Origin: Malacoraja senta
Lineage: Eukaryota
Assembly: GCA_038087875.1 (NCBI GenBank)
Contig: CM075988.1
Location: 12,092,001-12,156,000, forward strand
Direction: 5' to 3'
Length of the DNA: 64,000 bases
Shown here piece by piece: positions 11,200 to 23,819 of the stretch (positions are counted from its first letter, which is position 1; the number at the start of each line of letters is the position of its first letter). Both the position numbers and the translations under genes were made by a program. The notes under the pieces were generated by a model. It saw only the letters and a list, made by a program, of their open reading frames with translations. It did not search any database and was not told where the DNA came from.

Positions 11200-11917
11200 G
11201 TAGGAAGGAACTGCAGATGCTGGTTTAAACCAGTGAAAGAGAAATCAATATTCACATCACTGGGTTGTAAGCTGGAGACATTTCACTTAGGCAGCTTACA
11301 ACCCAGTGGTATGAATATTGATTTCTCCAACTTCAAATAACCCTTGCATCCCTCCCTCTCTGTCCCTCCCCCACCCAAGTCATTGTATTAGCTTCAAGTC
11401 GTTTGTTGTGTCTCATTGTATGTAACTCGTTTTCACCTGGGCCACAGCTAACAACAGCCTGTCTCCTTTATCATTATTACTTATTTGCATACCTTTAATC
11501 TATTTGTTCTGTATCCCTCTGTATCACTGACTATAGGGCCTGTTCCTCTTGGAGATTTTTTTCGGCGACTTCCGGCGTCATATCAGGCTCGTCAAAAGAT
11601 TTATAACATTTCAAAATCTAGCGGCGACAGAAAAAATGTTGCGACACTTGAAAAAACACTGCACGTCAATACGTCATCACGCCGCGTCACGCCACATCAC
11701 TGCCGCGTCACACCGCAAATTTTTGGGAGACCTGATATGTCAGTCAATTATGGCAGCAGTCGCGGAAAAAATTGCCAAATGGGACAGGCCCTTATATCTC
11801 TTGTTTCCCTTTTCCCTGACTCTCAGTCTGAAAAAGGGCCTCGACCCAAGCCATCACCTATTCCTTTTCTCCAGAGATGCTGTCTGACCCGCTGAGTTAC
11901 TCCAGCATTTGTGTCTA
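11200..11917. mobile_element. Penelope-like element remnant with nested Harbinger MITE
   Basis: Contains the GIY-YIG C-terminal coding end (ggcagcttacaacccagtggtatgaatattgatttctccaacttc = GSLQPSGMNIDFSNF) and the PLE terminal repeat. Flanks repeat ctaagtt(g/a)gtagga. Confidence 0.75.
11535..11792 (+). mobile_element. PIF/Harbinger-type MITE, copy 1
   Basis: TIR AGGGCCTGT.CC / GGGACAGGCCCT and 3-bp TSD TAT. Interior nearly identical to 47134-47381. Confidence 0.8.
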
Positions 11918-12619
11918 AGTTAGTAGGAGATTTTTTTGCTGCCAGCTTATTAACATACAGAAGGATGAATGTCAATGAATTCAAATACAGTATGACTAAA
12001 TAATTTAAAGATAAATGCATTCTCCTTGATAATTACACAACGTTTAACCTTGCACAATGTAGCTGAGTAAAGTTAAATCTTCATTTTATTTAAATAAAGT
12101 AAATTCACTGATGATGTGTTCTCTGCAGAAGCTAAGAAAGTTTTGGAACAGAGTGCACAAGGAGACAATGTCACTGTTTGTTCTCATTGACTACTTCCCC
12201 ACCGCCAGTCCTTGTACCATTCCACCCATTTACAAGGTACTAAAGCACGCATTTATTCCCTGTCAAAGATTAGTTTTGGTCCGCAATAATAGAAACTCAC
12301 ATCTAACAGCTGTGTGAGCAACCTTGTTGTACATTTAATGTGGTTCCACGGAGGCTTTCACCACCATCTTCAGCACAACTAGGAATGAGCTCTGAAACAT
12401 TGTGCTGGGCTGGTAATGCCCAAGTCATGAGATTCATTCAGTCACATGTCTCGGTCTGCGACTCCTTTTGTTGTGCTGAATCATCATTTTGTAAAATTGG
12501 TGGCTCCTGTTCACGATTCTATTGACTAGTTCTTTTCTGGAATCAGCTTTTTACCATTCCCTTTATCATGTATCTGTGCACTGCAGATGGCTGGATTGTA
12601 ATAATGTATAGTCTTTCAT

Positions 12620-12782
12620 ATAAACATAGAAAATAGGTGCAGGATAGGCCAATCGGCCCTTTGAGCCAGCACCGCCATTCGATGTGATCATGGCTGATCA
12701 TCCAAAATCAGTACCCCGTTCCTGCTTTCTCCTCATATCCCTTGATTCCGTTTGCCCTGAGAGCTATACCTAACTCTCTTGA
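12620..12782 (-). mobile_element. CR1 3' end with CATAGAAA-type tail
   Basis: aaacatagaaaataggtgcagg...cggccctttgagccagcaccgccattc. Related copies at 36380-36602, 43015-43170, 56155-56326 and 62838-62990. Confidence 0.8.
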
Positions 12783-14684
12783 ATACAGTTTTCTGCTGAC
12801 TGGTTAGCATACAACAACATATTTTCACTGTATCTTGGTACACATGCCAATAAACTAAAATTTAAAAAATCTATACTTTTCATATTGCTACTAAATCTAG
12901 TTTTGCTCTCATCTGACATCTGTGCTGACCATGATGTTAATCCAAACCAATCCCATCAACCTGCATGTGGATCGTATCCCTCACTCGCCTGCCTGTTCAT
13001 ATATCTGTCTGAATGTCTCTTCAACTTTGCTATTGTATCTGCTCTGGGCAGTAAATTCCAGATTTAATGATCTGCTGTGGGAGAAAGATGTGAATGAACT
13101 TTTTAAAATTCACATAGTTAATATTTACACTATTTGAAACAGACTGACTATCTCTATTAGACAGCAATTCATTGACAAGCTCATTGTGATCTAATTATCT
13201 ACCATTATCTACTGTGATAATGAAATCATATTTCAGTGATATCTTTTGAACTGTTGCTGAAATTTTTGAGAGATAAACTTTTGTTAACTTCACGGGAGTA
13301 TTTTAGTAGTCGCTCAATGTAATTGCTATTGAATATAAAGTAGCTTTCAAGCTTACAGTGGGTGACATCTCAGTTGTCAAAGATTTAGGAGGTTCTTATT
13401 TGTTCTTTTAACAGCCTCAAGGTTGCTCAGCTGAAGTGAATCTGTTGAAAAGTACTAGTTTGAGAACACTCCCATTTTCTCACTGACAATAGCAGAAATA
13501 TAGGGTGAGAAATTTGTCCTGGTTGTTCACAAAGAAGTGCACAACACAGTACCAGTGACAAACAAGAAGGGTGTAGCCCAGGAAGAGGCCCTTCGTCACA
13601 CAATGGCTATGCTGAACATGGTGACTAAACCAATCTGCCTGCACATAATCTATATCCATCCATTCTCTGGATATCCATGTGCCTATGCAAAATTCTCGTA
13701 AAAGTCACTATCGTATATGCCTTAACCACCACTCTGGCTGTTTGTTCCAAGCACCCAACACCTACTGTGTTTAAAAAAACAACTTGCTCCGCACATTTCC
13801 ATTTTAACTTTGCCCCTCTCACCTTACAGAGCTCGAAATTAGCGGTTGCCTGGGTGCCAATGGCAACTTACAGTCCCACCGGGCAACCTAAAAGCCATGC
13901 CATTTTGCCCGGCTTGGCAAGCAACCGGGACACCTGCCCGCCATCCGTGTCCGGGTCTCGGCTCTCGGCGCTAGCTCTCGGCTCTCGGCTCGGCGCTAGG
14001 CTCTCCGCTCGGCCCTCGGGTCTCCGCTCGGCACGGCCGGCCGCCGAGCACATTATCTGCCGTGGTTGTGCGCATGTGCGGCCCTGCACATGCGCACTGC
14101 CACGGCAACTGGTCGGCGTCGGCCACTTTCTCCCTCCCTTTGCATTGTGGGAGTTCTGGCCACCATTGCTGTCCGGTCGCTGCCTCACCTGGAGTAACTC
14201 TTGCTTCTTGGTTTCCAGGTCCTCCAAAAATATTCAAAATGGAATTTAAACTGGTGGACCCACCACCACCAAACTCCAAACACTGAAAAATAACAGCCTA
14301 TTGCATTTTATCTGTTTATTTATTGTGTATATATATGGTCTATAGTATATAGACACACTGAACTTTTATCTCCTGTTCTGTATTATGTTTACATATTCTG
14401 TTGTGCTGCAGCAAGCAAGAATTTCATCGCCCTATCTGGGACACATGACAATAAAACTCTCTTGACTCTTGACTTGGACTTAAGCAAAAAAGGGTTCTTG
14501 GGGAAAAAAAAGCTACCTTAAATTTAGTTGCATCTGGTTGGGTACCTATGGTAGGGTGAAGACTATCCCATGCTTTAATTATGCGGGGGAACTCCATGGA
14601 GCAGCCAGCATCTCTGAATAGAAAAAATTGGGTGACGTTTTGGGTAGAAACCCTTCTTTACATTTCCTCTGGTTTTAGAGTTTT

Positions 14685-14960
14685 TAGTTTAATTTAAAGA
14701 TACAGTGTGGAAACAGGCCCTTCGGCCCACCGAGTCCACACCGACCACCGATCACCCCTACTCTTGTTCTATCCCACACATCAGCAACGTAAGTCAAGAG
14801 TGTTTTATTCTCTCACGTCCCAGTTAGAACAATGAAATCCTTACTTGCAGCAGCACAACAGAATATATAAACATAGTACTCTGTAAGCAATGTTATAAAC
14901 GAGAAAACAAAACTCCATACAGACAGCACCCATATTCGGGATCAATTCCGGGTCTCTGGC
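14685..14960 (-). mobile_element. HE1-like SINE interrupted by a LINE-tail fragment (about 14790-14910)
   Basis: gatacagtgtggaaacaggcccttcggcccaccgagtcc...acagacagcaccc. Confidence 0.75.
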
Positions 14961-15150
14961 AATTTTCGGCAGAAAACCTATGGCCAATGTACTGCCCCAA
15001 TAGCCTTGAACTGAATTAAAACATACAGTAGCTGTAAAGGGGGACAGAGCGTCACTTAGAGATTTAAGACTGAAAATGGAGAGTTTCTTTTTTTTTAGTA
15101 ACCAAAGTTATCAACGTATAATTTTTTGTGTGTTGGAAAATAAAATATAG

Positions 15151-15376
15151 TGGCACAGCTGGTGGACTTGCTGCCTCACACGCCAGAGATCTGTGTTCGA
15201 TCCTGTTCTCGGGCACTGTCTGTGTTGAGTTTGCACATTCTCCCTGCAAGCATGTGGGTTTCCTCCCACATCCCAAAGACGAATTGGCTTTGTAGGTTAA
15301 CTTGTGTCTGTAAAATTGCCCCTAATGTGCAGGGAGTGGGTGAGGAAAGTGGGATAACAGAACTTGTGTGAATGGG
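15151..15376 (+). mobile_element. HE1-like SINE, 3' end lost
   Basis: tggcacagctggt...gttcgatcc (A and B boxes) followed by the central domain. Confidence 0.8.
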
Positions 15377-15826
15377 TAGACAAAAATGCAGGAGAAACTC
15401 AGCAGGTGAGGCAGCATCTATGGAGCAAAGGAAATAGGCGACGTTCCGGGTTGAGACCCTTCTTCAGACTGATGTCGGGAGGGGTGGGGGGGCGGGAAAA
15501 ATAAAGGAAGAGGCGGAGACAGTAGGCTGTGGGAGAGCTGGGAATGGGAGGGGAGGGAGGGAGAAAGCAAGGACTACCTGAAATTGGAGAAGCCAATGTT
15601 CATACCGCTGGGGTGTAAACTACCCAAGCAAAATATGAGGTGCTGTTCCTCTAATTTGCGGTGGGCCTCACTCTGGCCATGGAGGAGGCCCAGGACAGAA
15701 AGGTCGGATTCGGAATGGGAGGGGGAGTTGAAGTGCTGAGCCACCGGGAGATCAGGTTGGTTATTGCAAACTGAGTGGAGGTGTTGTGCGAAGCGATCGC
15801 CAAGCCTGCGCTTGGTCTCACCGAGG
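15377..15826 (-). mobile_element. Penelope-like element 3' fragment encoding the GIY-YIG endonuclease C-terminus
   Basis: ORF 15574-15849 reads GETKRRLGDRFAQHL...PVAQHFNSPSHS...RKLEEQHLIFCLGSLHPSGMN, the PLE GIY-YIG tail. It is followed by the terminal repeat containing ctgaagaagggtctcaacccggaacgtc. Confidence 0.9.
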
Positions 15827-16777
15827 TTGATCATACGCTGAATAACCATATTTTTGTTTGGAAGTGGAAAGAGATAATAGAAATTGCATTCATTGCAATG
15901 TGTAAAAAGAGATGAGATACTGTATTGTAATTTTGCTGCATGTCATTGTGGTATATATCATGTCTTGATTGGTGAATATGTTTAGTTTGTGACTTTATTT
16001 GAAGCAGAAATAATATGTGAATGCTTCATTGACCCTAATTCCGACAGGTAACTACGCACTTCGTCCGAGCACATTATCGCACGCGTCATGCAAGCCGTCT
16101 TAAATGACCACCTAAACTGTCATTTAGCAACCTAAAAAGCTGCAGAGGTTGCCCGGCTGGCAACAGGGAAAAATAGTTAAGCGAGAGCCCTGCCTTACAG
16201 CTCTGCCCTGTACTATTTGACATTTCCCTCCTGGGAAAAATTTTCTGACTGTCCACAACACAAGACTTCCGCACAATTTATCAGGTCTGAATTTTTAAGT
16301 GAGGGGATTTACTTGGAATTGGTGAAACAACTTAGCTTGTTTGGTAATGGTGATATGAAAGGATTGAATGACTGTTTAATATTGATGAATGGTCCTAATT
16401 TTATGGATCAGATGCTGCTGTGATTTAATTTCTCATCATCTTTTGATTAATACAGAATCTTTGTTTTATTTATAATTTATGTTCCTGTTCCTGCATTCTC
16501 TTCTCTCATTTAAGTGCATTGTCACAGGGCATTGATAAACAATTGTGAAAATTAGAAGCACAAAGAGGTAGAATTAACACTGATGAAATTAGCAACTGTG
16601 AAATTGAAAAATGCAAAGAAAATTATCTTTTTTCTTGTCCACCCAATAAGCTGTCACCTCATTTGAGTTGGAGGTACAGTTAATTGCTTAAATGAGCACT
16701 AATTCCTTCCTTCTGATCAGCAATGAATTCCACATTACACCTCATTTCATTTCTCCCCTTCATCCTGTTTTCAACTT

Positions 16778-17260
16778 TAGTTTAGTTTAGAGATACAGCG
16801 CGCAGGCCATTCGGCCCACCGAGTTTGCGCCGACCAGCGATCCCTGCACACAAGCACTATCCTACACACACTAGGGAAATTTACATTTACACCAAACCAA
16901 TTCACCTCCAAACCTACATACACAAAAAGCTGGAGTATCTCAGCAGGACAGGCAGTATCTCTGGAGAGAAGGAATGGGTGACGTTTCGCCCATTCCTTCT
17001 CTCCAGAGATGCCGCCCGAATTACTCGAGCTTTTTGTGTCTATCTTTGGTTTAAATCAGCATCGGCAGTTCCTTCCGACGTAACCTGTACATCTTAGGAT
17101 TGTGGAACGAAAATGCTGATCTCGACCAAAACCCACGGGGTCACGGGGAGAACGTGCAAACTCCATACAGCTGGCACCCGCAGTCAGGATCGAACCCGGG
17201 TCTCCGGCGATGTAGCCGCTGTAAGGCAGCAACTCTACCACTGCTCCACCGTGCCGCCCC
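16778..17260 (-). mobile_element. HE1-like SINE with nested inverted PLE derivative (about 16918-17080)
   Basis: (GTTTA)n tail at 16778 and tRNA-like head ending ccaccgtgccgccc. The SINE body is split at aacct(a/g)tacat. Confidence 0.85.
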
Positions 17261-18857
17261 TATTTCACCTTTCAGTGTGAATTAGTTTTATCCAGTCCAT
17301 TAACTGCATGAAGACACACCATGCATGGAATGGGATCATTGTTTTGAGTTCTCTAGACCATGGATGGAAGTTGCTTTTGGATCTAAATTTGATTGGTGAC
17401 ATGAAAGTATCCTCCCAAATGTGTGGATTCCATCGCTAGTGAAATTTGTATCAAAATTCCTATTTATGCATTAGTAGAATATAAAGATAACTTGCTTTAG
17501 AAACTGCACCTGCAACTGAATGTTTTCAACTGTGCCGTGGTACTTGTATAAAATTCCACTAAACATGCATTCTACTTTTAAATAAATCAATACCATTTTA
17601 ACATTTCAAATTCACAAGCCTTCATCAAAACTCTCTTCATTATGATGAAGAATGATCTACTTGAAGCATTAACACAGATTCCTGCGCCACAGATATTGTC
17701 TTTCCTCCTGAGTATACCCAGAACTTTTTTTTAAATTCCATATCTTTGGGTCGAGACCCTTCTTCAACCTGAAAAAGTCTGAATAAGAGTCTCGACCTGA
17801 AACAGCGGGCCATTCCTTCTCTCCATAGATGCAGCCTGTTGAAAAGTACCAAAGTTTAACAATAGATTCAACAAGGGAAATGCTCTTGATGCCTGGAAGA
17901 AGATGATTGATTTGTTTATTACCTAGCACCTACCCTGAATGTGGTATTGTTATTAGTTCTCAAACATATCTGGGCATTGTATTTAATTTTTGGCAGGGAC
18001 AGGCTGATTTAAAAATAGTTTGGTGCTGAACAGTGGATTTACTGAAGCAAGCAGAAGCGGAGCTCCATAATTAAAGGTTGCTCTACACTTGTTTTCATAG
18101 TACACTTTATTTGGACAGCTTCTCGTTGATGTGTTCATTGGAACCACTTCTGCAGCTTAGCAGATTGTTACATTGTTCTGTTTAGATTTTTCATTTCATA
18201 ATAGAAAATTGCAGTCGAGAACCTATCAAAGGTGCTAACTGATCTTCAATATAGTTTAATTGACAAATGTGTACACTCAGAACATACATTTAAAATATTT
18301 GAGCTCCATAATGTAATCTGTAACTGAGCTGGGAAAAGGAACATGACTGGAAATTAAATTACAGTACATAATGCTGTTTAAATCAATGTTATGCTGTTGA
18401 TAGGAGATAATGTTTTCAGAGAGAAACACGTGCACAACCTATTTAAAGTAAAGAGTAGCACGTATGGACATGCTTCATTCTTCATTCTTTCATCCCGCAT
18501 CCAATTTTCTTGCCAGAGATGCAAGGGATGACATCATCACCTGAGAGGAAATTTGGGAATTTATTTCGGCAATGGTCAGAGTTCTGCACTTTTGGGATAA
18601 TCTACTTTTCCATGCACGGCATTGGATTGGAATGCCTGTTAGCGTAGTCATTCTTTTGAGGACCCCTCCACTGCACCACGCACTGCACCAACTCCCCAGT
18701 GCCCCAAAGCATTGATAAAAGCCGTGTCTCTTCCCAATCACACAACTCAACAAATCATCACATTTTGCCTCTTCTTCCCACCCAGCCATTCATTGCCTCT
18801 AGTGTATAATTTATTCCTTCCTCATGCCTTTTCTGTCCATTCTGATAGTGTTTGCAT

Positions 18858-19157
18858 GCGGCACAGTGGCGCAGCGGTAGAGTTGCGGCCTTACGGCGCC
18901 AGAGACCCGAGTTCAATCCTGACTATGGGTGCAATCTATACGGAGTGTACACATTCTCCCAATGACCAAGTGCGTTTTTCTCGGGGTGCTCTGGCTTCCT
19001 CCCACACTCAAGGCATGCAGTTTTGTAGGTTAATTGGTTTTGGTAAAATTGTAAAAATTGTACATTGTCCCTAGTGTGTAGGATATTGCTAGTGTATAGG
19101 GCGATTGCTGGTTCGAGTGGACAAGGTGGGCCGAAGGGCCTGTTTCATTGCTGTTTC
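18858..19157 (+). mobile_element. Full-length HE1-like SINE
   Basis: A box TGGCGCAGCGG (18867-18877), B box GAGTTCAATCC (18909-18919), central domain, tail gggccgaagggcctgtttc. Confidence 0.9.
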
Positions 19158-19849
19158 GTCCCCAACATCAGGTACTAATGTACAATATAATTTAAAAAAG
19201 ATGTCCTATTGTTTAATTTGATTTAGTGTAGTTTTGTTTATTATTGTCACATGTGCCAAAGTACCGTGAAAAGGTTTTGTTTTCTTGCCAACCAGTCAAT
19301 AAAAAGGACTATACATGAATACAATCCAGCCATCCACATTGTACAGGTAAGGGATAAAGAGTACAACAGTTAGTGCAAGACAAAGTCTGATTAAAGACAG
19401 TTGTTTAATCGGACCTTTCAAAGACGTCCACAACTCTGCAATTCATTGCGGTCTTGGATGGAGCTGTTCCCAAATTACCTATGATGCATCCCAATAAAAC
19501 ACTTTCTATGGTGATTCTGTAAAGGTTGACATTATAATTGACTTTATAAAATCCTGACTTGCTCTGATATGGTCCCAATGGGTGCACAATTCTCACTTTA
19601 CAAGGTCCTCCCCAAAACTGCAGCAAGCCAGACTCCCAGTGTGAAATGAATGGCCAATGCTTTCCTTGAGCTTTAAGCATGGTGCTGCAACATTCATGCT
19701 CAGTTGTAAAAAAATTTTTTTTAATTATACAGGCACATCTTTGCAGTGATACAAATCTAATTTAACCCATTTTTATTGCAGAAACACAATTAAAATTAAA
19801 TATCAAATTTTCTTGGTTTACAAATATTTTATTGTTCTTGGCAAGTTGG

Positions 19850-20230
19850 ACTATATGGCTTGTTTCTGTGTTGCATGACTCAATGAATCTAGTGTTATTG
19901 TACAGTTACAGAGAAAGTGTAGACTAATAGAACATGCTAGGGCCACACCGAGGTAGATTGGAAATTCACCCGTTGCATATGAAAGGGTCCATTCAGGAGT
20001 GATAACAGTGGGGAAGAAGCTGTTCTTGACTCTGGTGATGCATGCTTTCAAGCTTTGGTATTTTTTGCCTTATGGAAGAGGGGTGGAGAGAATGATGGGG
20101 GTGAGTGGTGGTTATAGTGGCTGCTTTCCTGAGGCAGTGTGAAGTATTGGAGTTGATGGGATGAGGCTGGTTTGCATGATGGACCAGAATTCATTCACAA
20201 CTCTTTAACTTCTTGCGAACTTGGGCAGAT
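19850..20230 (-). mobile_element. Rex1/L2-type LINE 3' fragment
   Basis: Minus frame KACITRVKNSFFPTVI matches the C-terminal 'R.KNSFFP.VIR' motif of Rex1/Babar-type ORFs. Confidence 0.7.
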
Positions 20231-20329
20231 ATATATATATATATATGCTTTCATAACAACATTATCGATTTCAAATATTTGAAATCAATAACGTTGTTTT
20301 GAAAGCAAACTGAGCTTCATTAGTTGGGG

Positions 20330-21005
20330 CATTGAATATAGAGATGTTCCAACTGGATTAAACCTTGGTCAAATCTCAGCTGGAGTGATCATGCAGATCT
20401 GGTCATCAAGACATAGGAAGAATGTGATGGTGCTGGAGAAGGTGCAGAGGCCTTATCCCAGGAAGCACAGTTATGAGGAGTGAGTGGGAAAGCTACGTCC
20501 GTTCTCCCCAGAGTTGAGGAGATTGAGAGGGAACATGAAGAAGGTATATAAAATTATGAGAGGTTTCAATAAAGACATTTCAGAGGTAGATAAAACAAGA
20601 GGATGTGAGATTAGGGTAAGGGTTAGGAGATGTAGAGGAGATGTGAGAAGACCACCTTCACGCAGAGAGTGTTGGGTACCTGGAATGCAATGCCTGTGGA
20701 GGGTGCCAGAAGCTGGGCCCTGATAGGATTTAAGATGCGTGTAGAATGGAACCGCAGATGCTTGTTTATACCGAAGATAGACACAAAGTGCTGGAGTAAC
20801 TCAGCGGGTCTGGAGAAAAAGGGTAGGTGAGGTTTCAGGTCGGGACCCTTCTGCAGACTAAGAAGACCTGTCCTCTTCTCAGTGTTTAGATGAGCACTTG
20901 AATCATTTATGCAGAGAGGGCTATAGACCCAGTGTGGGGTAATGGTACTAATACAAAAGATGTCCATTGGTTGTGGGCCAAATGGCCAATTTCCATGACA
21001 ATTCT
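20330..21005 (+). mobile_element. CR1 3' fragment with nested PLE derivative (about 20740-20860)
   Basis: Translation RRLRGNMKKVYKIMRG matches the CR1 C-terminal RRLRGDLIEVYKIMRG motif. Confidence 0.8.
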
Positions 21006-22039
21006 ACGAATAAGATTAATTGGTTTTTTGACTTTTGTCAATTGTCGGTCATGGAAATTCAAGCCTCCAGCTGTATAAAATGTTCACTTTAAGTAAGACA
21101 ATTATCAGCAGTTAAGAGTTGCGGGGCTGAGTGAATACTTAAATTTTGAAGTGCATAGTTTGCTGGAAAACAAAACAGTTGGTTCATGCATTCATTGGTC
21201 TGCTAATTAAAGGGGACAGTCGACTTGTCATTTATTACTCCTGTGGCAATCAGCTTCATTATAAAAGGAAAATATATCACCGCATGGAACAACGTTGAAA
21301 TAACTAGCAAAGTTGCATTTTAAAAAATGCATTAAGTCACAAGTAAATAATTAGTTATGCCTAAATACTGCTGAGAGCCATAGGTATTTCAGAAAATGTC
21401 TTAATTCCAATGCTTAAATGTCTAATCAATAACTTTGATTAATACACAATGATCTCCAACAATCAGCATTAATTTCATTTAAACAGATAGCTGGATTGAA
21501 AAAATAAGGAATTAGTGAAAATCAGCAGATGCTGGAAACCCAAAATAAAACAAAATACTCAGCAGGATACGCCACACCTGTGGGAAAAGAAACAGAGTTA
21601 ACATTTCAGATGAAAGTGCGTGCATTGTTGTCATTCTTTCAAAACTCCATTTATTGCGGTTCCTGGTTCCTGCAGATTAGAAGGTGGCAAAAATAGCTCC
21701 ATTATTTACAAAAAGAGAGAAAAGGAGAACTTTGGACTTGTTAGCCCAACCTCAGAATAGAGGTAAATACTAGAGTCAATCATTAAAGTTAGGGTCCCGA
21801 CCTGAAACATTTTCTCCAGCGACACTGCCTGACCCGCTGAGTTCCTCCAGGATTTCATTGTCCTATCAGGGACACATGACAATAAACTCACTTGAACTTG
21901 ACTTGATTTTGTGTCCTTGGTGTAAACCGACATCTGCAGTTCCTTTTTTATTATATTATAAAAGACAGGATGACAGGATGCTTGGGAAATACCAACGGGA
22001 TTAATAAAATCAACACGAGTTTGACAAAATGAATGAGTT

Positions 22040-23135
22040 TTTTTGCAAAGATAATGGGTAGATACAGAGAATCAGTGTGGTGTACAGTCTGTGGGTTGTT
22101 TGAAGGCTTTTAATAAAGTCCCACACAAGAGGTTTGTGTGCAGAACTAAAATTCATGGGATTGGAGGTTGTTTATTGGCATAGACTGAAAATTATTGGTA
22201 GACAAGAAACAGAGACTTGGAATAAATGTTTTTTGGGAGTGGCAAACAGTGGCTAATGATATATTGTGGGAATCAGTGTTTGGTAACAATTAATGATTTG
22301 CAGGAGGGAACTAAATCTGTTAATTTTCCAATGGCATAAAACTGATGGGATTGAGGTTTATCCTTTATTCTTTAACACTTTATCCTTTATCTGTGCTCTG
22401 TTGACGCCTTAATTGTATTAGTGTATTATATTTTCTTTGACTGGATAGCAAGCAAAAGCTTTTCACCATACTTTGGTACACATGACAATAAAAAAACTAA
22501 ATGAAAGAATGAAAAGAGGCTTCAAGCAGATGCAGACAACTTGAGTGACTGGGCAAACACATGGCAGATGCAGTAAAACAAATGTACCTGTGAACTTACC
22601 CATTTGGGAAGGAAAATAAAGGCAAAGTAACTTTTAAATGGTGCAGGGTTGGCAATGTTAACACAGGAAAGAATCGGAGTTTCCTTCCCCACAGACACTG
22701 AAAGCAAATGTGCTGGTGTGCAGGCGGTTAGGAATAATAATAATAATAATAGATTTATTTTATATAGCGCTTTTCAAGACTCAAAGTCGCTTTACAATTG
22801 AGTCAGGAATAAACAAAACAGAATAGAGCAGTAAGACAGAGGGGAGGGGAACATGGGACTAAGGGTATGCAGAGGTGAAGAGATGGGTCTTGAGGCGGGA
22901 CTGGAAGACAGATGGCATGTTATCCTTCGTTGCAAGTTGGGAGTATAGGTGCAAGAATGCCATAAAACATGTTCTTGGTGAAACTCACCCTGAATATAAT
23001 GTGCACTTCTGGTCTCAGTTGAAGGAAACACTTGCTCTATGAAGAATAATGAGGTTCGTCAGACTGGCAGGGTGGAAGGACTGTCACATCAGAGGGGATT
23101 GTGTTGATTTGGCCTCTATTCACCCAAATTCAGGA
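22040..23135 (+). mobile_element. Degraded CR1 RT-region fragments with nested L2 tail (about 22733-22905, minus strand)
   Basis: aaggcttttaataaagtcccacacaagagg (KAF.KVPHKR) and gagtgactgggcaaacacatggcagatgcag (W...WQMQ). L2 tail (TAA)n-gatttattttatatagcgcttttc. Confidence 0.7.
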
Positions 23136-23139
23136 GGGG

Positions 23140-23540
23140 TGGAAATGAACAGGGGGAGAGGCACTGTTGATTGGGGAGAGTATCACAGCGGTGCGTAGAG
23201 AGGATATTCTGGAGGGATCATTCAACCTGGTCCGAACGGTAGAATGTAGGAATAAGAGAGCATCCAATATTTTTCTCCAGAGATGCTGCCTGACCCACTG
23301 AGTTACTCAAGCACATTGTGTCCATCTTTGGGACAATCACTTCCTTGGGTATATACATAGATCTCCCAATAATCAGTGGGAATTAAAGGAACAGATGTGT
23401 ATGTAAAGTGGATTAAAAAAAAAAAATGTGTAAGAGCAAGAGGATTGGAATGGTGGGAGATTTTAACGTCCAATATAGATTGCATTGCCTTGGTGCAAGG
23501 GGCTCAGATGGGCTGGAATTCCTAAAACACTTCCAAGATA
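23140..23540 (+). mobile_element. CR1 endonuclease-domain remnant
   Basis: ESITAVRREDILEG and MVGDFN...GSDGLEFLKHFQD match the CR1 APE 'GDFN' region. Confidence 0.7.
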
Positions 23541-23819
23541 TATCAGAAACAGCATTAAGTCCCAGTATTGATCTCAAGGGTGCATTATTTGGCACAGACC
23601 TCACCATGCTTTGCCTCCCAACCCCAAACCAATTTGTGTCCAATTAAATGGTCCATCTTGCATTTCGCATTCGTTAATCTCCGGATCAGTGACCATACAA
23701 AAACCTGTCCAATGCCTTAAACTAAAGTCTGTTAGGCCCACTACACCTCTATGCACATCTCATCTCCCACTTTTGCAATCTGCTTTCACGTGGGTAAACT
23801 CGTGAGGGGAAAGTGACCA

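Larger units (their letters stand above)
13827..16192. mobile_element. Non-autonomous hAT-like DNA transposon with nested SINE and PLE insertions
   Basis: Imperfect TIRs CAGAGCTCGAAATTA / TAAGCGAGAGCCCTG with CCTTA on both flanks. Subterminal GGTTGCC/GGCAAC repeats at both ends; CpG-rich termini. Confidence 0.7.
13580..16260 (-). mobile_element. CR1 3' fragment split by the hAT-like element (halves about 13580-13826 and 16193-16260)
   Basis: Removing 13827-16192 and one CCTTA restores contiguous CR1 sequence tttgcccctctcaccttacagctctgccctgtactatttgacatttcc. Confidence 0.75.

Noticed and set aside
13677..14286. 190-aa and overlapping ORFs
   Set aside because: They span a CR1/hAT junction and the GC-rich transposon end; chimeric chance frames.
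18858..18930. tRNA-like sequence with A and B boxes
   Set aside because: It is a SINE head: it continues into the SINE body and has no closed acceptor stem or terminator.
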